Shown here piece by piece: positions 22,015-31,684 of a DNA stretch of 64,000 bases. The stretch is from contig CAWCKJ010000004.1 in assembly GCA_963796105.1 (NCBI GenBank), forward strand, positions 1,248,001 through 1,312,000, in the 5' to 3' direction. Every line of letters starts with the position of its first letter. Within the stretch, counting starts at the first letter, position 1. This stretch comes from a candidate division FCPU426 bacterium (GTDB taxonomy: Bacteria; Oederibacteriota; Muellerivitia; Muellerivitales; Muellerivitaceae). The notes under the pieces are model-generated. The model searched no databases. It saw only the letters and a list, made by a program, of their open reading frames with translations, and was not told where the DNA came from. The position numbers and the translations under genes are program-made.

Positions 22015-24261
22015 TTAAAAAATACCGCTGATGGGTTTATAGGAAAAAGTGTCGCCCGAATTCCACCAATCCATGAACCGCCGGACCAAGAAATACTCGT
22101 TATAGGGTCTGTCATCCGTCACGGCCGCGCCGGAGTCCCTGCCCAACAGGGACCTGGGGTCAATTTCCTGGGTAATGAAAAATTCGAGGAGATTTTTCGC
22201 GTCCTGGATAGGCGGCCACTCGGTCATGTCCCTTCTCGCGGAGGCCGGCATTTTCCGGAGCATCTCATCGGCCGATATATCGGGAATCGGGGACATGGAG
22301 GCGATGAAATGGTACCCGATGCCGTTGGGATAGCCGAACACGCGGACATAGGGGAAGGATAGGAAGATGGAGCGGGTCACGGCCTGGATGATCTTCACCT
22401 CCGCCGCTGGGAGCCACTGCTGGAGAAGGCCTCCTGGGGCCAGGCGTTTCTTGGCCAGCTCGTAAAAGCCCGTGGAATAAAGAAGGCTCGACCCCGCTGC
22501 TTCCACCGGCGGGGGCGGGTCGATGGTGATGAGGTCGAAAGTTTCGGCGGTCCTCTGGAGGAACCGCCTTCCGTCGTCCACCACCAAACGCGCGTTGGGG
22601 TTGGATGCCAGCGCCTGGGCGTCGGCATGAAAGAAGGGGAAGGATTTGATGACGCCGGGAACCAACTCCACGGCGGTGGTGGGGATGCCCCAACTCATCA
22701 GGGAGCGGAAGGTGGTGCCCATCCCGAAGCAGATGTCCAAGGCGGATTTGGGAGGGCGGGAAAGAAGAACCAGGGGCAGGTGGGCCATGATCTTGGTGGA
22801 GGGGACCAGGCCCGTGACCTTGATGCCGTTGACCACCAGGATTCTTTCCATGCCCGAACCCCTGGAAACCGAGCTGGCGGCGTAATCCCGGAACACGATG
22901 GACTTGGGGTCGGCGTAACGGTACCCCTCCTCGTAATCCAGAACGTTAAAAGACGTTATGAATAGGACGATTGAAACCGAGGTCCAGGCCAGCGTTGAAA
23001 GGTTCCGGCTGGTTTTATCCAGGATGGAATAAAAAAAGAAAAGGCCGATAGGAAGGGAGAGGAGGATCATGGACTGGCGGCAGGAAAATTCAGGCAGGAG
23101 CAGGTAGGAGGCCGCCAAGGGGCCCAGCACGCATCCCAGAACGTTCGCGGCATAGGCTTTTCCCACGCCACGGGGGATTCCTTTCGAGGATTGATCCACC
23201 AGTTTCGGGGTAAGGTAACCCCAGACAGCGCACATGGGCATCAGGCCGGCCAGGGGTTTGATGAAGTAAAGGGAGAGCCGGGCGTCATTGAGGATGAAAG
23301 GCAAAAAGGTGAAGGCGAAGGCGGCCCCCAGAAGAGGGGAAACCGGAAAAGTTTTTCCTCTTTTCAAATGCCACCTGTAGAACCAGGAGCCGGCGAAGGT
23401 CGCGAGAAGATAGGAAAATAGCAGGCTGGCGAAGGAATAGACAAAAGTGTTTAAAACCACGGTATAGGCCCTCGTCCAAACTACCTCCAGGGCCATGCAG
23501 ACGAAACCCGATGTGAAGAGAATGGATAAATAGGGAATGGATTGGCTTGGTTCGGTTGATGGAATGGGGCTGACTGGGCTGGTTTCGGGGGGCGCAGGGG
23601 CTCCCGGAAGTTTTTGGCTCATGGCGAAGGAAGCCAGGCCGATCAGGGCGTTCAAGAAAGCGCCAAATCGCAAGGTTCCCTGGAACCCCAGGCATTCAAT
23701 CAGGATGACCGCCGTGAAGAGGACGCCGGTCATGGCCCCCTGGACATTGGCGTTGTATAGGAAGCTGAAACCCTCGTCCCCCGCGTAAACGGTTTTGAGG
23801 AACGCGGTCATGAAGGGGAAGGTGGTGCCCATGAAAAAGCACCAGGGAAGGAGCGAGAATAAAAGAACCAAGGCGGACGAGAAAAGATAAGAATTAGAGT
23901 CGGCGTTTCCGAGCGGGAGCAATAAATGGGCCCCCCATTCGAAAAGGAGCGGAACCATGAAGGCTCCCAGGCCCGTCAAGAGCTCGATCGTCCCGTAAAA
24001 GCGAAGGGGGATGGCGCCCTTGTTTTCGGGCCAGGTACCCGCGAGGCGGCCGCCCAGCCAGGAGCCAAGCGCGAGGCCCGCCATGAAAACCGAAAGCACC
24101 ACCGAGAGAACGGGGGTGTTGATCCCGAAGTGGGTGAAGGCCAGGCGCAGCCAGACGACCTGGTAAAGCAAACCGCAGAACCCCGAGATGAAAAAGAATA
24201 GGGCGGTTGTCCCGCGAATGGAGGAATGGGTCATGAGATGTTGGGTCCGGTCTTTAAACAT
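22015..24261 (-). CDS. Fused MFS-like membrane domain / spermidine synthase (tandem paralogue)
   Basis: Same motifs; catalytic domain nearly identical to the neighbour. Confidence 0.9.
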   Translation of the reverse strand: MFKDRTQHLMTHSSIRGTTALFFFISGFCGLLYQVVWLRLAFTHFGINTPVLSVVLSVFMAGLALGSWLGGRLAGTWPENKGAIPLRFYGTIELLTGLGAFMVPLLFEWGAHLLLPLGNADSNSYLFSSALVLLFSLLPWCFFMGTTFPFMTAFLKTVYAGDEGFSFLYNANVQGAMTGVLFTAVILIECLGFQGTLRFGAFLNALIGLASFAMSQKLPGAPAPPETSPVSPIPSTEPSQSIPYLSILFTSGFVCMALEVVWTRAYTVVLNTFVYSFASLLFSYLLATFAGSWFYRWHLKRGKTFPVSPLLGAAFAFTFLPFILNDARLSLYFIKPLAGLMPMCAVWGYLTPKLVDQSSKGIPRGVGKAYAANVLGCVLGPLAASYLLLPEFSCRQSMILLSLPIGLFFFYSILDKTSRNLSTLAWTSVSIVLFITSFNVLDYEEGYRYADPKSIVFRDYAASSVSRGSGMERILVVNGIKVTGLVPSTKIMAHLPLVLLSRPPKSALDICFGMGTTFRSLMSWGIPTTAVELVPGVIKSFPFFHADAQALASNPNARLVVDDGRRFLQRTAETFDLITIDPPPPVEAAGSSLLYSTGFYELAKKRLAPGGLLQQWLPAAEVKIIQAVTRSIFLSFPYVRVFGYPNGIGYHFIASMSPIPDISADEMLRKMPASARRDMTEWPPIQDAKNLLEFFITQEIDPRSLLGRDSGAAVTDDRPYNEYFLVRRFMDWWNSGDTFSYKPISGIF

Positions 24262-24405
24262 TTTTCATCGGCAAGTTCCTGCGCGCTATTTTAGTCGATT
24301 TGGATGGGGAAAAGATAAAAGACGGGAAGCCGCCGGCTATTCCGAAGATACGGAATTTCAAAGGGTTGTCCTGAATATTCATGAAACATCAGTTAATATA
24401 TTCGG

Positions 24406-25335
24406 ATGGATCCAATCGCCCATACTCTCGCCGGAACCCTCGTGGGCCGGGCCAACCCCTCCCATAAAAAAGGGCTGGTCCTGGCCTGTGTCCTGGGAGC
24501 TCTGGTTCCGGACATCGACATTATCCTGACCCTTTGGGGTAAGGACCTTTACATGACGGAACACCGGGGGTTCACCCATTCCCTCCTTGGGTTCATACCC
24601 GTGAGCCTGTTGGCCGCCTTAGCGGCCTGGCTGTTCGTCCGGCGGGGCCAGGCTCCCGCGCCATTCAAGTCGATTTTCGCGATGGCTTCCCTGGGAGTTC
24701 TTTCCCACCTCTATTTGGATTGGTGCACTTCCTGGGGAACGATGCTTTTCTGGCCCAATCGGACCAGGTTCGCCATGGACACGATGTTCATCGTGGACGT
24801 CTGGTACATGGCCCTCTTGGCGTCTCCCATTATCCTGAGCGTTTTCTGGAAACGGCACAGGGCCTTGATCTGCACCGCGGGGATTTTGGGGGCGGCTCTT
24901 TACCACCTTTTGACCGCTTTCAACCATTACCGCGCGATCGAGGTGGCGGAGCAGGACCGGCCCCAGGCCTGGCGCACGGCCTTTCCCCAGCCCTTCTCCC
25001 CGTTCAGGTGGGAAGCCTTCAACCGGCAAGATGAGTTATTGAGAGGAGGCAGGATCGACTTTCTTAAAAGCGCCGGGGCGTTGGAATGGAAGGAGTGGCA
25101 GACCCCTCCCATGAGCGAGGAGGCCAAAGCCGTCTTCCACTCGCCCAAGGGCAAGCAATTCCTCTGGTTCTCGAGGATTCCCATGTGGAAGGAGGAGAAA
25201 TTACCCGATGGAAGCGTCGAGGTGGACTGCTGGGACATGAGGTTCTACACCTACCTTTGGAAGGACCAGGTGATGGGGCATTTCGGACAGAAATTCTTCG
25301 TCAAGGACGGCCAGGTGCTGGGCGGGGGTTTTTAA
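24406..25335 (+). CDS. Membrane-bound metal-dependent hydrolase (YdjM/DUF457 family)
   Basis: MDPIAHTL, PDIDI, HRGFTHSL, SHLYLDWCTSWGT. Confidence 0.88.
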   Translation: MDPIAHTLAGTLVGRANPSHKKGLVLACVLGALVPDIDIILTLWGKDLYMTEHRGFTHSLLGFIPVSLLAALAAWLFVRRGQAPAPFKSIFAMASLGVLSHLYLDWCTSWGTMLFWPNRTRFAMDTMFIVDVWYMALLASPIILSVFWKRHRALICTAGILGAALYHLLTAFNHYRAIEVAEQDRPQAWRTAFPQPFSPFRWEAFNRQDELLRGGRIDFLKSAGALEWKEWQTPPMSEEAKAVFHSPKGKQFLWFSRIPMWKEEKLPDGSVEVDCWDMRFYTYLWKDQVMGHFGQKFFVKDGQVLGGGF

Positions 25336-25348
25336 TCCCCGATTCGGT

Positions 25349-25783
25349 TCAAGGTTTCTTTTTTTTATCGTTGCCGCTGGGGAGAAGGCCCAGGCACTTC
25401 GCGGCGGCGGCTCCAGCGCAAGCTTTCCCGGCGGCATCCAGCACGCCACAAATGAATTTTTCTTCGTCCGTAAGGGTCGTGGGTTTGTTCAAGAAAGTCG
25501 GGGAGAGTTCGGCGTTCAAGCGGTCGTAATAGGCCTTGTCCCTCAAGTGAAAAGGGCTCTCCAGGCTGGAGCCAAGGCTGTAAGAGGTTTCATCGCGCGC
25601 GGCCTTGGCTTTTTTCTTTTTAAACACAGAACTCTTTTGGATGATCGGAATGGGCTTCTTGGAAACGGGAGTTGACTCGGAGGAGGTGGCGGGTGTGGAA
25701 GTGTCGCCCCAGGACATTGGCGTGGCCGAGAAGGCGGCCGCGAGGAAAAATGCAAAACCCGAATGAAATTTCCGATACGACAT
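25349..25783 (-). CDS. Hypothetical secreted protein
   Basis: Signal-peptide-like N-terminus; fills the gap between convergent and co-directional genes; no recognised motif. Confidence 0.6.
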   Translation of the reverse strand: MSYRKFHSGFAFFLAAAFSATPMSWGDTSTPATSSESTPVSKKPIPIIQKSSVFKKKKAKAARDETSYSLGSSLESPFHLRDKAYYDRLNAELSPTFLNKPTTLTDEEKFICGVLDAAGKACAGAAAAKCLGLLPSGNDKKKKP

Positions 25784-25931
25784 ATGTTTAACCTTTTCAA
25801 CCCGCTTTAGCGCGGGAACTGTGGCACCGAATCAACATTTATAATTCTCGGCGCCCTTCGAGCGCCTTTAGGAGAGTTGATTCGCACAGTTTTTTTATAA
25901 ATCCCTTTTGTGGACTGCGCCGAATCAACAA

Positions 25932-26546
25932 CTATAATTCTCTTCGCCCTTCCAGGGCTTTTAAGAGTGTTGATTCGTCCGCGTACTCCACGTCCCCGCC
26001 GGAGGGGAGGCCCCGCGCCAGGCGGGTGACCTTCACCGGCAGGTTCCTCAAGAGCTGCTGGATATAAAGGGCGGTGGTGTCTCCCTCCACCGTGGGATCA
26101 GTGGCTAAAATGATTTCCTTGAATTCCTTCCCGGTTTTGACCCTTGCGACGAGGGAGTCCAAGTTCAGCGCCTGAGGTCCCCGCCCTTCCAAGGGTGAGA
26201 GGGTCCCGCCCAGAACATGGTAAAGACCGTGGTACTCATGGGTGCGCTCGAAAACCGCGACGTCGCTGGGATCCTCCACCACCAGGAGGGAATGGCGGTC
26301 CCGGTTGGAGGAGGAACAGATCCGGCATAGGGTTTCCTCGGTCAGGTTGAAGCAGTCCCGGCAGGGATGCAGCCGTTGTCGAGCCTCCACGAGCGCTTGG
26401 GAAAGGGATTGGGAGTCCTCGACCGGTTTCTTAAGGAGATGAAAGGCCAGGCGCTGGGCGGTCCTGGGCCCGAAACCAGGGAGTTTCTGGAGTTCGTGGA
26501 GAAGACGCTCGAGAGATGGGGGATATTCAGCCAAAATAAACTCCAT
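25932..26546 (-). CDS. recR: Recombination mediator RecR
   Basis: LPGFGPRTAQRLAF, CxxC-CxxC zinc finger, YHVLGGTLSPL, EIILATDPTVEGDTTA, LARGLPSGGDVEYAD. Confidence 0.97.
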   Translation of the reverse strand: MEFILAEYPPSLERLLHELQKLPGFGPRTAQRLAFHLLKKPVEDSQSLSQALVEARQRLHPCRDCFNLTEETLCRICSSSNRDRHSLLVVEDPSDVAVFERTHEYHGLYHVLGGTLSPLEGRGPQALNLDSLVARVKTGKEFKEIILATDPTVEGDTTALYIQQLLRNLPVKVTRLARGLPSGGDVEYADESTLLKALEGRREL

Positions 26547-26647
26547 TTTGGAATTGTGAATTTTGAATGTTGAATTATAAGTTTGAAACTTTTAAACGTT
26601 GAATGAAAATAACGTCAATTTAAAACTAAAAATTTAAAATTCTTGAG

Positions 26648-26965
26648 TTAAAACAGGCCAGGAAGGCCCAGGCCGCCGGTCATTTTGGAGACTTCCGACT
26701 TCATCTTCTCGTTGACCTGCCGGCCCGCGTCGTTGACGGCGGCTTGTATGAGCGTCTGCAGATCCTCCGCTTTCTCCGGCGCGAGCGCCTGAGGGTCGAG
26801 GGTGACCTTCAACACCTCGTGTTTTCCGTTCAGCAGCACCGTGACGGCTCCGCGGCCAGCGGTGCCGGTGAAGCGGTCTGCCTCCAGTTCCTTCTGGAAT
26901 TTGGCCATTTTTTCCTTCATCAGCTGGGCTTGGCGGAAAAGATCCAGTAATTCCGGCATGTTCAA
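26648..26965 (-). CDS. ybaB: YbaB/EbfC nucleoid-associated protein
   Basis: GTAGRGAVTV...LQTLIQAAVNDA...MTGGLGLPGLF; lies between dnaX and recR. Confidence 0.93.
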   Translation of the reverse strand: MNMPELLDLFRQAQLMKEKMAKFQKELEADRFTGTAGRGAVTVLLNGKHEVLKVTLDPQALAPEKAEDLQTLIQAAVNDAGRQVNEKMKSEVSKMTGGLGLPGLF

Positions 26966-27048
26966 CTCCTCGAGTTTATTAAGAGTTTAAAATCTAAAAA
27001 ATCGGGACAACCTATCCTCTATCGCGCTTCCTAGAATTCCTCTCCAGC

Positions 27049-28770
27049 TTATTGCTTCGGGTGATTCCGTTTCACTTCCACGATTTTCCCGCCGAACATC
27101 TTCATCACCTCCGCCACAATGGGCTCCTCTTTTTCCAATTCCTTCAAGTCCACTTTCGGGGCCGAGACGGACCTGGGATTTTTCGGGCTGGGGGCCTTCG
27201 GCTGCGATGAGGTATTGGATCCTTCCGGCAGGACCGGAACCAGGGTTATTTTTTTGCCGATTTCCTCTTCTAGAATGCCCTCGATGAGAATTTTGCATTC
27301 GGGCTTGGAAATCCTTTCGAGATGGAAAAGGCCTTTGCAGACGATCACCAGGGTGTTTTCCTCCAGCTTCTTGGGTTGGGTATCGCGCATGACCGCTTCC
27401 AAAGGCTTGTCGCGGGCCGCGACTTTTTCCAGGATTTCCGTCCAGCGGGACTTCAGTTTGGCCATGTCGGGATTCTTCTCGGCCTCGACCGGGTCCTCGA
27501 TCTCATCCACCGCGAATGACGGCTCGCCGGCCTGATCGGAGGGCGGGGGGGGTTCTGAGACTGATGAGGCGGAAATGGAGGGAACCGGAAAATGCGTATA
27601 AACGGGTTTGGGGTTTGGAGCGTTGGAAACGGGCGATCCGGACTGAGAATTCAGCGGTAGATCGCTGACGGAGATCAATTTTTCCAGCCGGCAAAGCTCG
27701 ATGACGGCCGTTTCGAGGACGACCTGGGGATTGGCGGAGTGCCTGACCGCCCATTCCTGCTCGAAAAGGATCCTGAGCGAGGAAAGGATGAGGGCTTCCC
27801 GCATTTTGCCGGCGGCGGCGACGATTCTTGCCACCTCCTCGTTGGGAAGGGGAATGAGGGAATCGGCGGACGAGGGAAAGGCTTTGGCCACCGCCAGGTG
27901 GCGGTAGGTCTCTACCAGGCCCCCGTAAAAATGGCCGAGATCCTTGCCGCTATCGAGAACCCCCTTGACAATTGTCAGGCCTTCCGCAGCGTCCTGCTTG
28001 GCCGCGGCCTCGATGAGCCTCAGGTAAACATCACCCTCGATAGTTCCCAGTGCGAGATGGACGTCCTCCAAGGTCACTTTTTTCCCTGAAAAGGCCACCA
28101 GCTGGTCCAGGGTCCTTTGGGCGTCTCGCATCGAGCCGCCAGCCGACCGGGCGATCTGGTAAAGGGTCTTGTCATCCGCCTCGACTTTTTCCGCGTCGGA
28201 GATCCGGCGGAGCTGTTTGGTCAGGGTCTCCAGGCCCATGGCCCGGAACTCGAAACGCTGGCACCGGGACTGGACGGTGGCGGGGAACTTGTGAATTTCG
28301 GTGGAGGCCAGGATGAAGATCACGTGGGGAGGCGGCTCCTCCAGGGTCTTCAAGAACGCGTCAAAGGCGGCTGCGGTGATGCGGTGGGCCTCGTCGAAGA
28401 TATAAACCTTGTATTTTCCCTTGGCGGGATAGGTGCCCACCTGCTCCTGCAAATGGCGGATGTCATCCACGCCGTTGACCGAGGCCGAGTCAATCTCAAT
28501 CACGTCCATGGAGGAACCTTGGTTGACTTCCTCGCAAAGATCGCAGACGTTGCAGGGTTCGGCGTCCTTGGGATTCCGGCAATTTAGCAACTTTGCGAAG
28601 ATGCGGGCGGTCGTGGTTTTACCCACTCCCCGGGGTCCCGCGAAGATGTAAGCGTGGGCCAAACGGTTGGCGCGTATGGAGTTTTGAAGGGTCCTCGTGA
28701 CGCCTTCCTGGCCCATGAGGTCCGCGAAAACCTGGGGTCGCCATTTCAAAGCCAAGATTTGGGAAGACAT
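27049..28770 (-). CDS. dnaX: DNA polymerase III subunit gamma/tau
   Basis: LALKWRPQ.F, GPRGVGKTT, EPCNVCDLC, DEAH, LKTLEEPP, SRCQRF, GSMRDA. Confidence 0.97.
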   Translation of the reverse strand: MSSQILALKWRPQVFADLMGQEGVTRTLQNSIRANRLAHAYIFAGPRGVGKTTTARIFAKLLNCRNPKDAEPCNVCDLCEEVNQGSSMDVIEIDSASVNGVDDIRHLQEQVGTYPAKGKYKVYIFDEAHRITAAAFDAFLKTLEEPPPHVIFILASTEIHKFPATVQSRCQRFEFRAMGLETLTKQLRRISDAEKVEADDKTLYQIARSAGGSMRDAQRTLDQLVAFSGKKVTLEDVHLALGTIEGDVYLRLIEAAAKQDAAEGLTIVKGVLDSGKDLGHFYGGLVETYRHLAVAKAFPSSADSLIPLPNEEVARIVAAAGKMREALILSSLRILFEQEWAVRHSANPQVVLETAVIELCRLEKLISVSDLPLNSQSGSPVSNAPNPKPVYTHFPVPSISASSVSEPPPPSDQAGEPSFAVDEIEDPVEAEKNPDMAKLKSRWTEILEKVAARDKPLEAVMRDTQPKKLEENTLVIVCKGLFHLERISKPECKILIEGILEEEIGKKITLVPVLPEGSNTSSQPKAPSPKNPRSVSAPKVDLKELEKEEPIVAEVMKMFGGKIVEVKRNHPKQ

Positions 28771-28890
28771 TGAAAGCTCCAATTTCGAGTACTAATTTTA
28801 AATTTAGGGAGGTTTTCCGTCCGGCGGAAAACAACGGTCATTTAAAATCAAGAATGAATCATTCGGCATTTGCCGTTTCTTAGGCGGCGG

Positions 28891-29019
28891 CCGCGCCCCG
28901 CCGTGGAAGCCAGGTTACCCACAACACCCGAACACATGCCTTACCGTTGCTTCCTTCCGGACCTAGCGGAGTTGGGGCCGGCTCGCCGTATAGGACCCGA
29001 CTTCCACGCCGGGGCGCGG
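28891..29019 (-). ncRNA. ffs: Signal recognition particle RNA (4.5S)
   Basis: Helix-8 motif CCG-CTAGG-TCC-GGAA-GGA-AGCAA-CGG within a long terminal stem (ccgcgccccg/cggggcgcgg); located upstream of dnaX. Confidence 0.9.
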
Positions 29020-29163
29020 AGGAGTATCTTAAACGAAAACTCGGGGGGTTTTCCATCAGAGTAAGGGTTTTCTCGGGTTTGGATTTCCCTTTTTTCATTG
29101 GGTAATTTAGAACTAAATGGGGAACTTTGACAATGAACGTGACATCTAAGCATGAGGATTTAG

Positions 29164-29282
29164 GGAGATGGAGGGAAACGAGCCGCGCGGAGCGCTCACA
29201 AGTGAAGTGACCCTTATGTAACCCATTGATCATCGTGGGGAAGCCTCTTCCCCATACCCCTACAGGCTTCGAATCCTCCATT
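29164..29282. repeat. tRNA-Ser-linked element (sense T-arm copy, core, antisense T-arm copy)
   Basis: ggagatggagggaaacgagcc resembles the tRNA 3' end; core gcgctcacaagtgaagtgacccttatgtaaccc...ggggaagcctcttccccatacccc; antisense ggcttcgaatcctcc. Confidence 0.75.
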
Positions 29283-29294
29283 ATTTATGAAAAT

Positions 29295-29387
<93 letters not shown>

Positions 29388-29520
29388 ACAAAAAACAAGG
29401 GCGGGTAAACCCCGTCCCATTGGCTCATCAATACTCTTAGTCCGCTCAACAAAATCAAATAGCTTGCCCTGAGTAAACCCAACCGCATTTTAATTTAGAA
29501 ATGCAGTCGGGTGCATCGAA

Positions 29521-29596
29521 TGGTGGAGATGAGCGGGATCGAACCGCCGACCTTCTCGTTGCGAACGAGACGCTCTCCCAGCTGAGCTACATCCCC
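29521..29596 (-). tRNA. tRNA-Ala(CGC)
   Basis: GGGGATG...TCTCG-TT-CGC-AA-CGAGA...GGTTCGATCCC...ACCA; G3:U70 pair. Confidence 0.97.
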
Positions 29597-29608
29597 ACGT
29601 TCCTTCCG

Positions 29609-30073
29609 TTAAAACCACATTCCCGAAGAGGATTTTCCCCGTTTTAACCGCAGTTCCTTGAAAAATCCACTCAGAATTCTCGAACACTCTTCCTTTAATA
29701 TACCGCCTGTGACTTCCACCCGGTGGTTCAATTTCTGGTTCTTCAGCACATTGGCTGTACTTTCCACCGCCCCTGCCTTGGGGTCCATCGCGCCATAAAC
29801 CAGGCGCCTAATCCGGGATAAAACCACCGCGCCCGCGCACATCGTGCAGGGTTCAAGGGTGGCGTAAAGATCGCACCCGTTGAGCCGCCAGCTTTTCAGT
29901 TTCTTGGAAGCCCTCGCCAGGGCCACCAATTCGGCGTGGAATTGGGTATTTTTTTTTGATTCGGTTAAGTTGTAGCCCCGGCCGATCACTTTTCCGTCTT
30001 TTACGACCACCGCGCCTACTGGAACCTCGCCTTTCAACTCGGCTTTTTTTGCTTCGCGTATCGCGGCCCGCAT
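29609..30073 (-). CDS. tadA: tRNA adenosine(34) deaminase
   Basis: GEVPVGAV, HAE, TLEPCTMCAGA, DPKAGA, LNHR. Confidence 0.95.
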   Translation of the reverse strand: MRAAIREAKKAELKGEVPVGAVVVKDGKVIGRGYNLTESKKNTQFHAELVALARASKKLKSWRLNGCDLYATLEPCTMCAGAVVLSRIRRLVYGAMDPKAGAVESTANVLKNQKLNHRVEVTGGILKEECSRILSGFFKELRLKRGKSSSGMWF

Positions 30074-30133
30074 TAGTTTTTCTTCAGGAGAGTTCAGCTT
30101 TTACCTCTAAGATTCAGCTTGATAAATAGTACA

Positions 30134-30685
30134 TGCCAATTTTTATTAAAATTAAGTTAATTGAACTTGGTACTGCGCCACTCTCTTTATTTCAAGTTGC
30201 AAACAAAGTTTGCAACAACTTCAATGATAAAATGGTGCGTGCCTATTCTTCCGAAAAGAATTAAAGAAATCGGTACGGCGCCATTTTCTTTAACTAAAGC
30301 CGCAAATTTTGTTTGCGGCAACTTCAAAGATAAAATGGTGCGTGCCTATTCTTCCGAAAAAGAATTAAAGAAATCGGTACTGCGCCACTTTCCTTATTTC
30401 ACGTTGCAAACAAAGTTTGCAACAACTTCAATGATAAAGTGGTGCGCCTGGAGGGACGTTGAACCGCGCTTCGCGCTCATAGGGGAAAGCCCCCCTATGT
30501 TACCCCCTTTAAGACGCGGGGGCTCACCCCCGCACCCCCACGGTTTCAAGTCCTTCATTGTTTATATAAAAAATGGTGCGCGCCAATTCTCATTAAAGCA
30601 ATTTAATTGAAATTGGTACTGCGCCACTCTCTTTATTTCACGTTGCAAACAAAGTTTGCAACAATTTCAATGATAAAGTGGTGCG
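30134..30685. repeat. tRNA-Arg-linked tandem array (about 104-bp period) with hairpins plus one core-element unit
   Basis: tRNA 3'-end motif tggtgcg at 30233, 30336, 30440, 30574 and 30679. Four gttgcaaac-aaa-gtttgcaac-type hairpins. Confidence 0.9.
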
Positions 30686-30755
30686 CCTGGAGGGACTTGA
30701 ACCCCCAACCTACTGGTCCGTAGCCAGTCGCTCTATCCAATTGAGCCACAGGCGC
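30679..30755 (-). tRNA. tRNA-Arg(ACG)
   Basis: GCGCCTG...ACTGG-CT-ACG-GA-CCAGT...GGTTCAAGTCC...CAGGCGC-A-CCA. Confidence 0.97.
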
Positions 30756-30863
30756 ATTGATCTCTGCCTCGAGCTTGATACACAGGCCCTGGGAAAAGGC
30801 GATTATCTTACCTAAAAATCTAATTTTACCGCAAGTATAAAGGCCCTGAACAGGTGAAGCGAT

Positions 30864-31478
30864 TTATTCCCAAATGCCGGCTAAAAGCAGAATTCCCACC
30901 GTGGTAAAAGCCATGGCCGCAACAATTCGCAAAAACTTGGGTTTGATGAATTGTTTCGCGTTATAGCCGATAAAAATCAAAATGGCTGTTGTAGACCAGA
31001 GGGCCAAGGTCGATGCGAGAAAAACGGTAATGGGTTGCCTGGTCCTTGCGATGAGGGTTACGGTAGCCAATTGGGTCAGATCCCCCCATTCCGCGATAAA
31101 AATGACCATGAAGGAAGAGAAGACCGTACTCAGAAACGATTCTTTTTTAGCCTCGGAGGAGATTTCTTTTTCGTTCGTGTTTTCCATCCAGATGACGTAG
31201 GCGAAGATCAGGAAAAGTAAACCAGCGAAGATATGCACAATATGGGGGGGCAAAAGCGCGATCATCCCCCCAAATAAGACTGCCACCATATTTTGAATGA
31301 CATAAGCCGCGGCCACGCCCAGGAAAACTCCTAAAGGATGTTTCCGAGAGGATAGGAGAATGATGGCCAGGGCGGTCTTATCCGGCAGCTCAGCCAGGAA
31401 AATGACGACGAAGGTGGAAAGAAAGAGTGAAAGGTCCAGGCCTGGGTGAATGAGGTTGGGTCCCATGGGATGCATCAT
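30864..31478 (-). CDS. TMEM165/GDT1 (UPF0016) family Mn2+/Ca2+ transporter
   Basis: Two signature motifs, AELPDKT and AEWGDLTQ. Confidence 0.9.
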   Translation of the reverse strand: MMHPMGPNLIHPGLDLSLFLSTFVVIFLAELPDKTALAIILLSSRKHPLGVFLGVAAAYVIQNMVAVLFGGMIALLPPHIVHIFAGLLFLIFAYVIWMENTNEKEISSEAKKESFLSTVFSSFMVIFIAEWGDLTQLATVTLIARTRQPITVFLASTLALWSTTAILIFIGYNAKQFIKPKFLRIVAAMAFTTVGILLLAGIWE

Positions 31479-31684
31479 ACCCGGGGCTAACTATAGATTC
31501 ATGAGGTTTCATTCATGCGGCGGAAGAAATCTAGCCAGCTGTTGGGCTCCCTGGATTAATTGGTTTGGTCATAAAACCCGTCAGTATTCAGGGGCTAAGC
31601 TCTTTTCCCCCGGAATAACGCCTTGAAGACCCATCCTAAACTGCCTAAACTGTGGCGACTTTCACGGTTTTCAGGGGGGCTCAA

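Noticed and set aside
30161..30610. 149-aa ORF with internal repeats
   Set aside because: Translation of the non-coding tRNA-linked array.
30134..30685. CRISPR array
   Set aside because: Intervening sequences are themselves repeated, the units are tRNA-linked, and no cas genes are present.
31480..31650. yybP-ykoY (Mn) riboswitch before the GDT1 gene, or SAM/B12 riboswitch before metH
   Set aside because: No consensus motifs recognised by eye; an Infernal scan would be needed.
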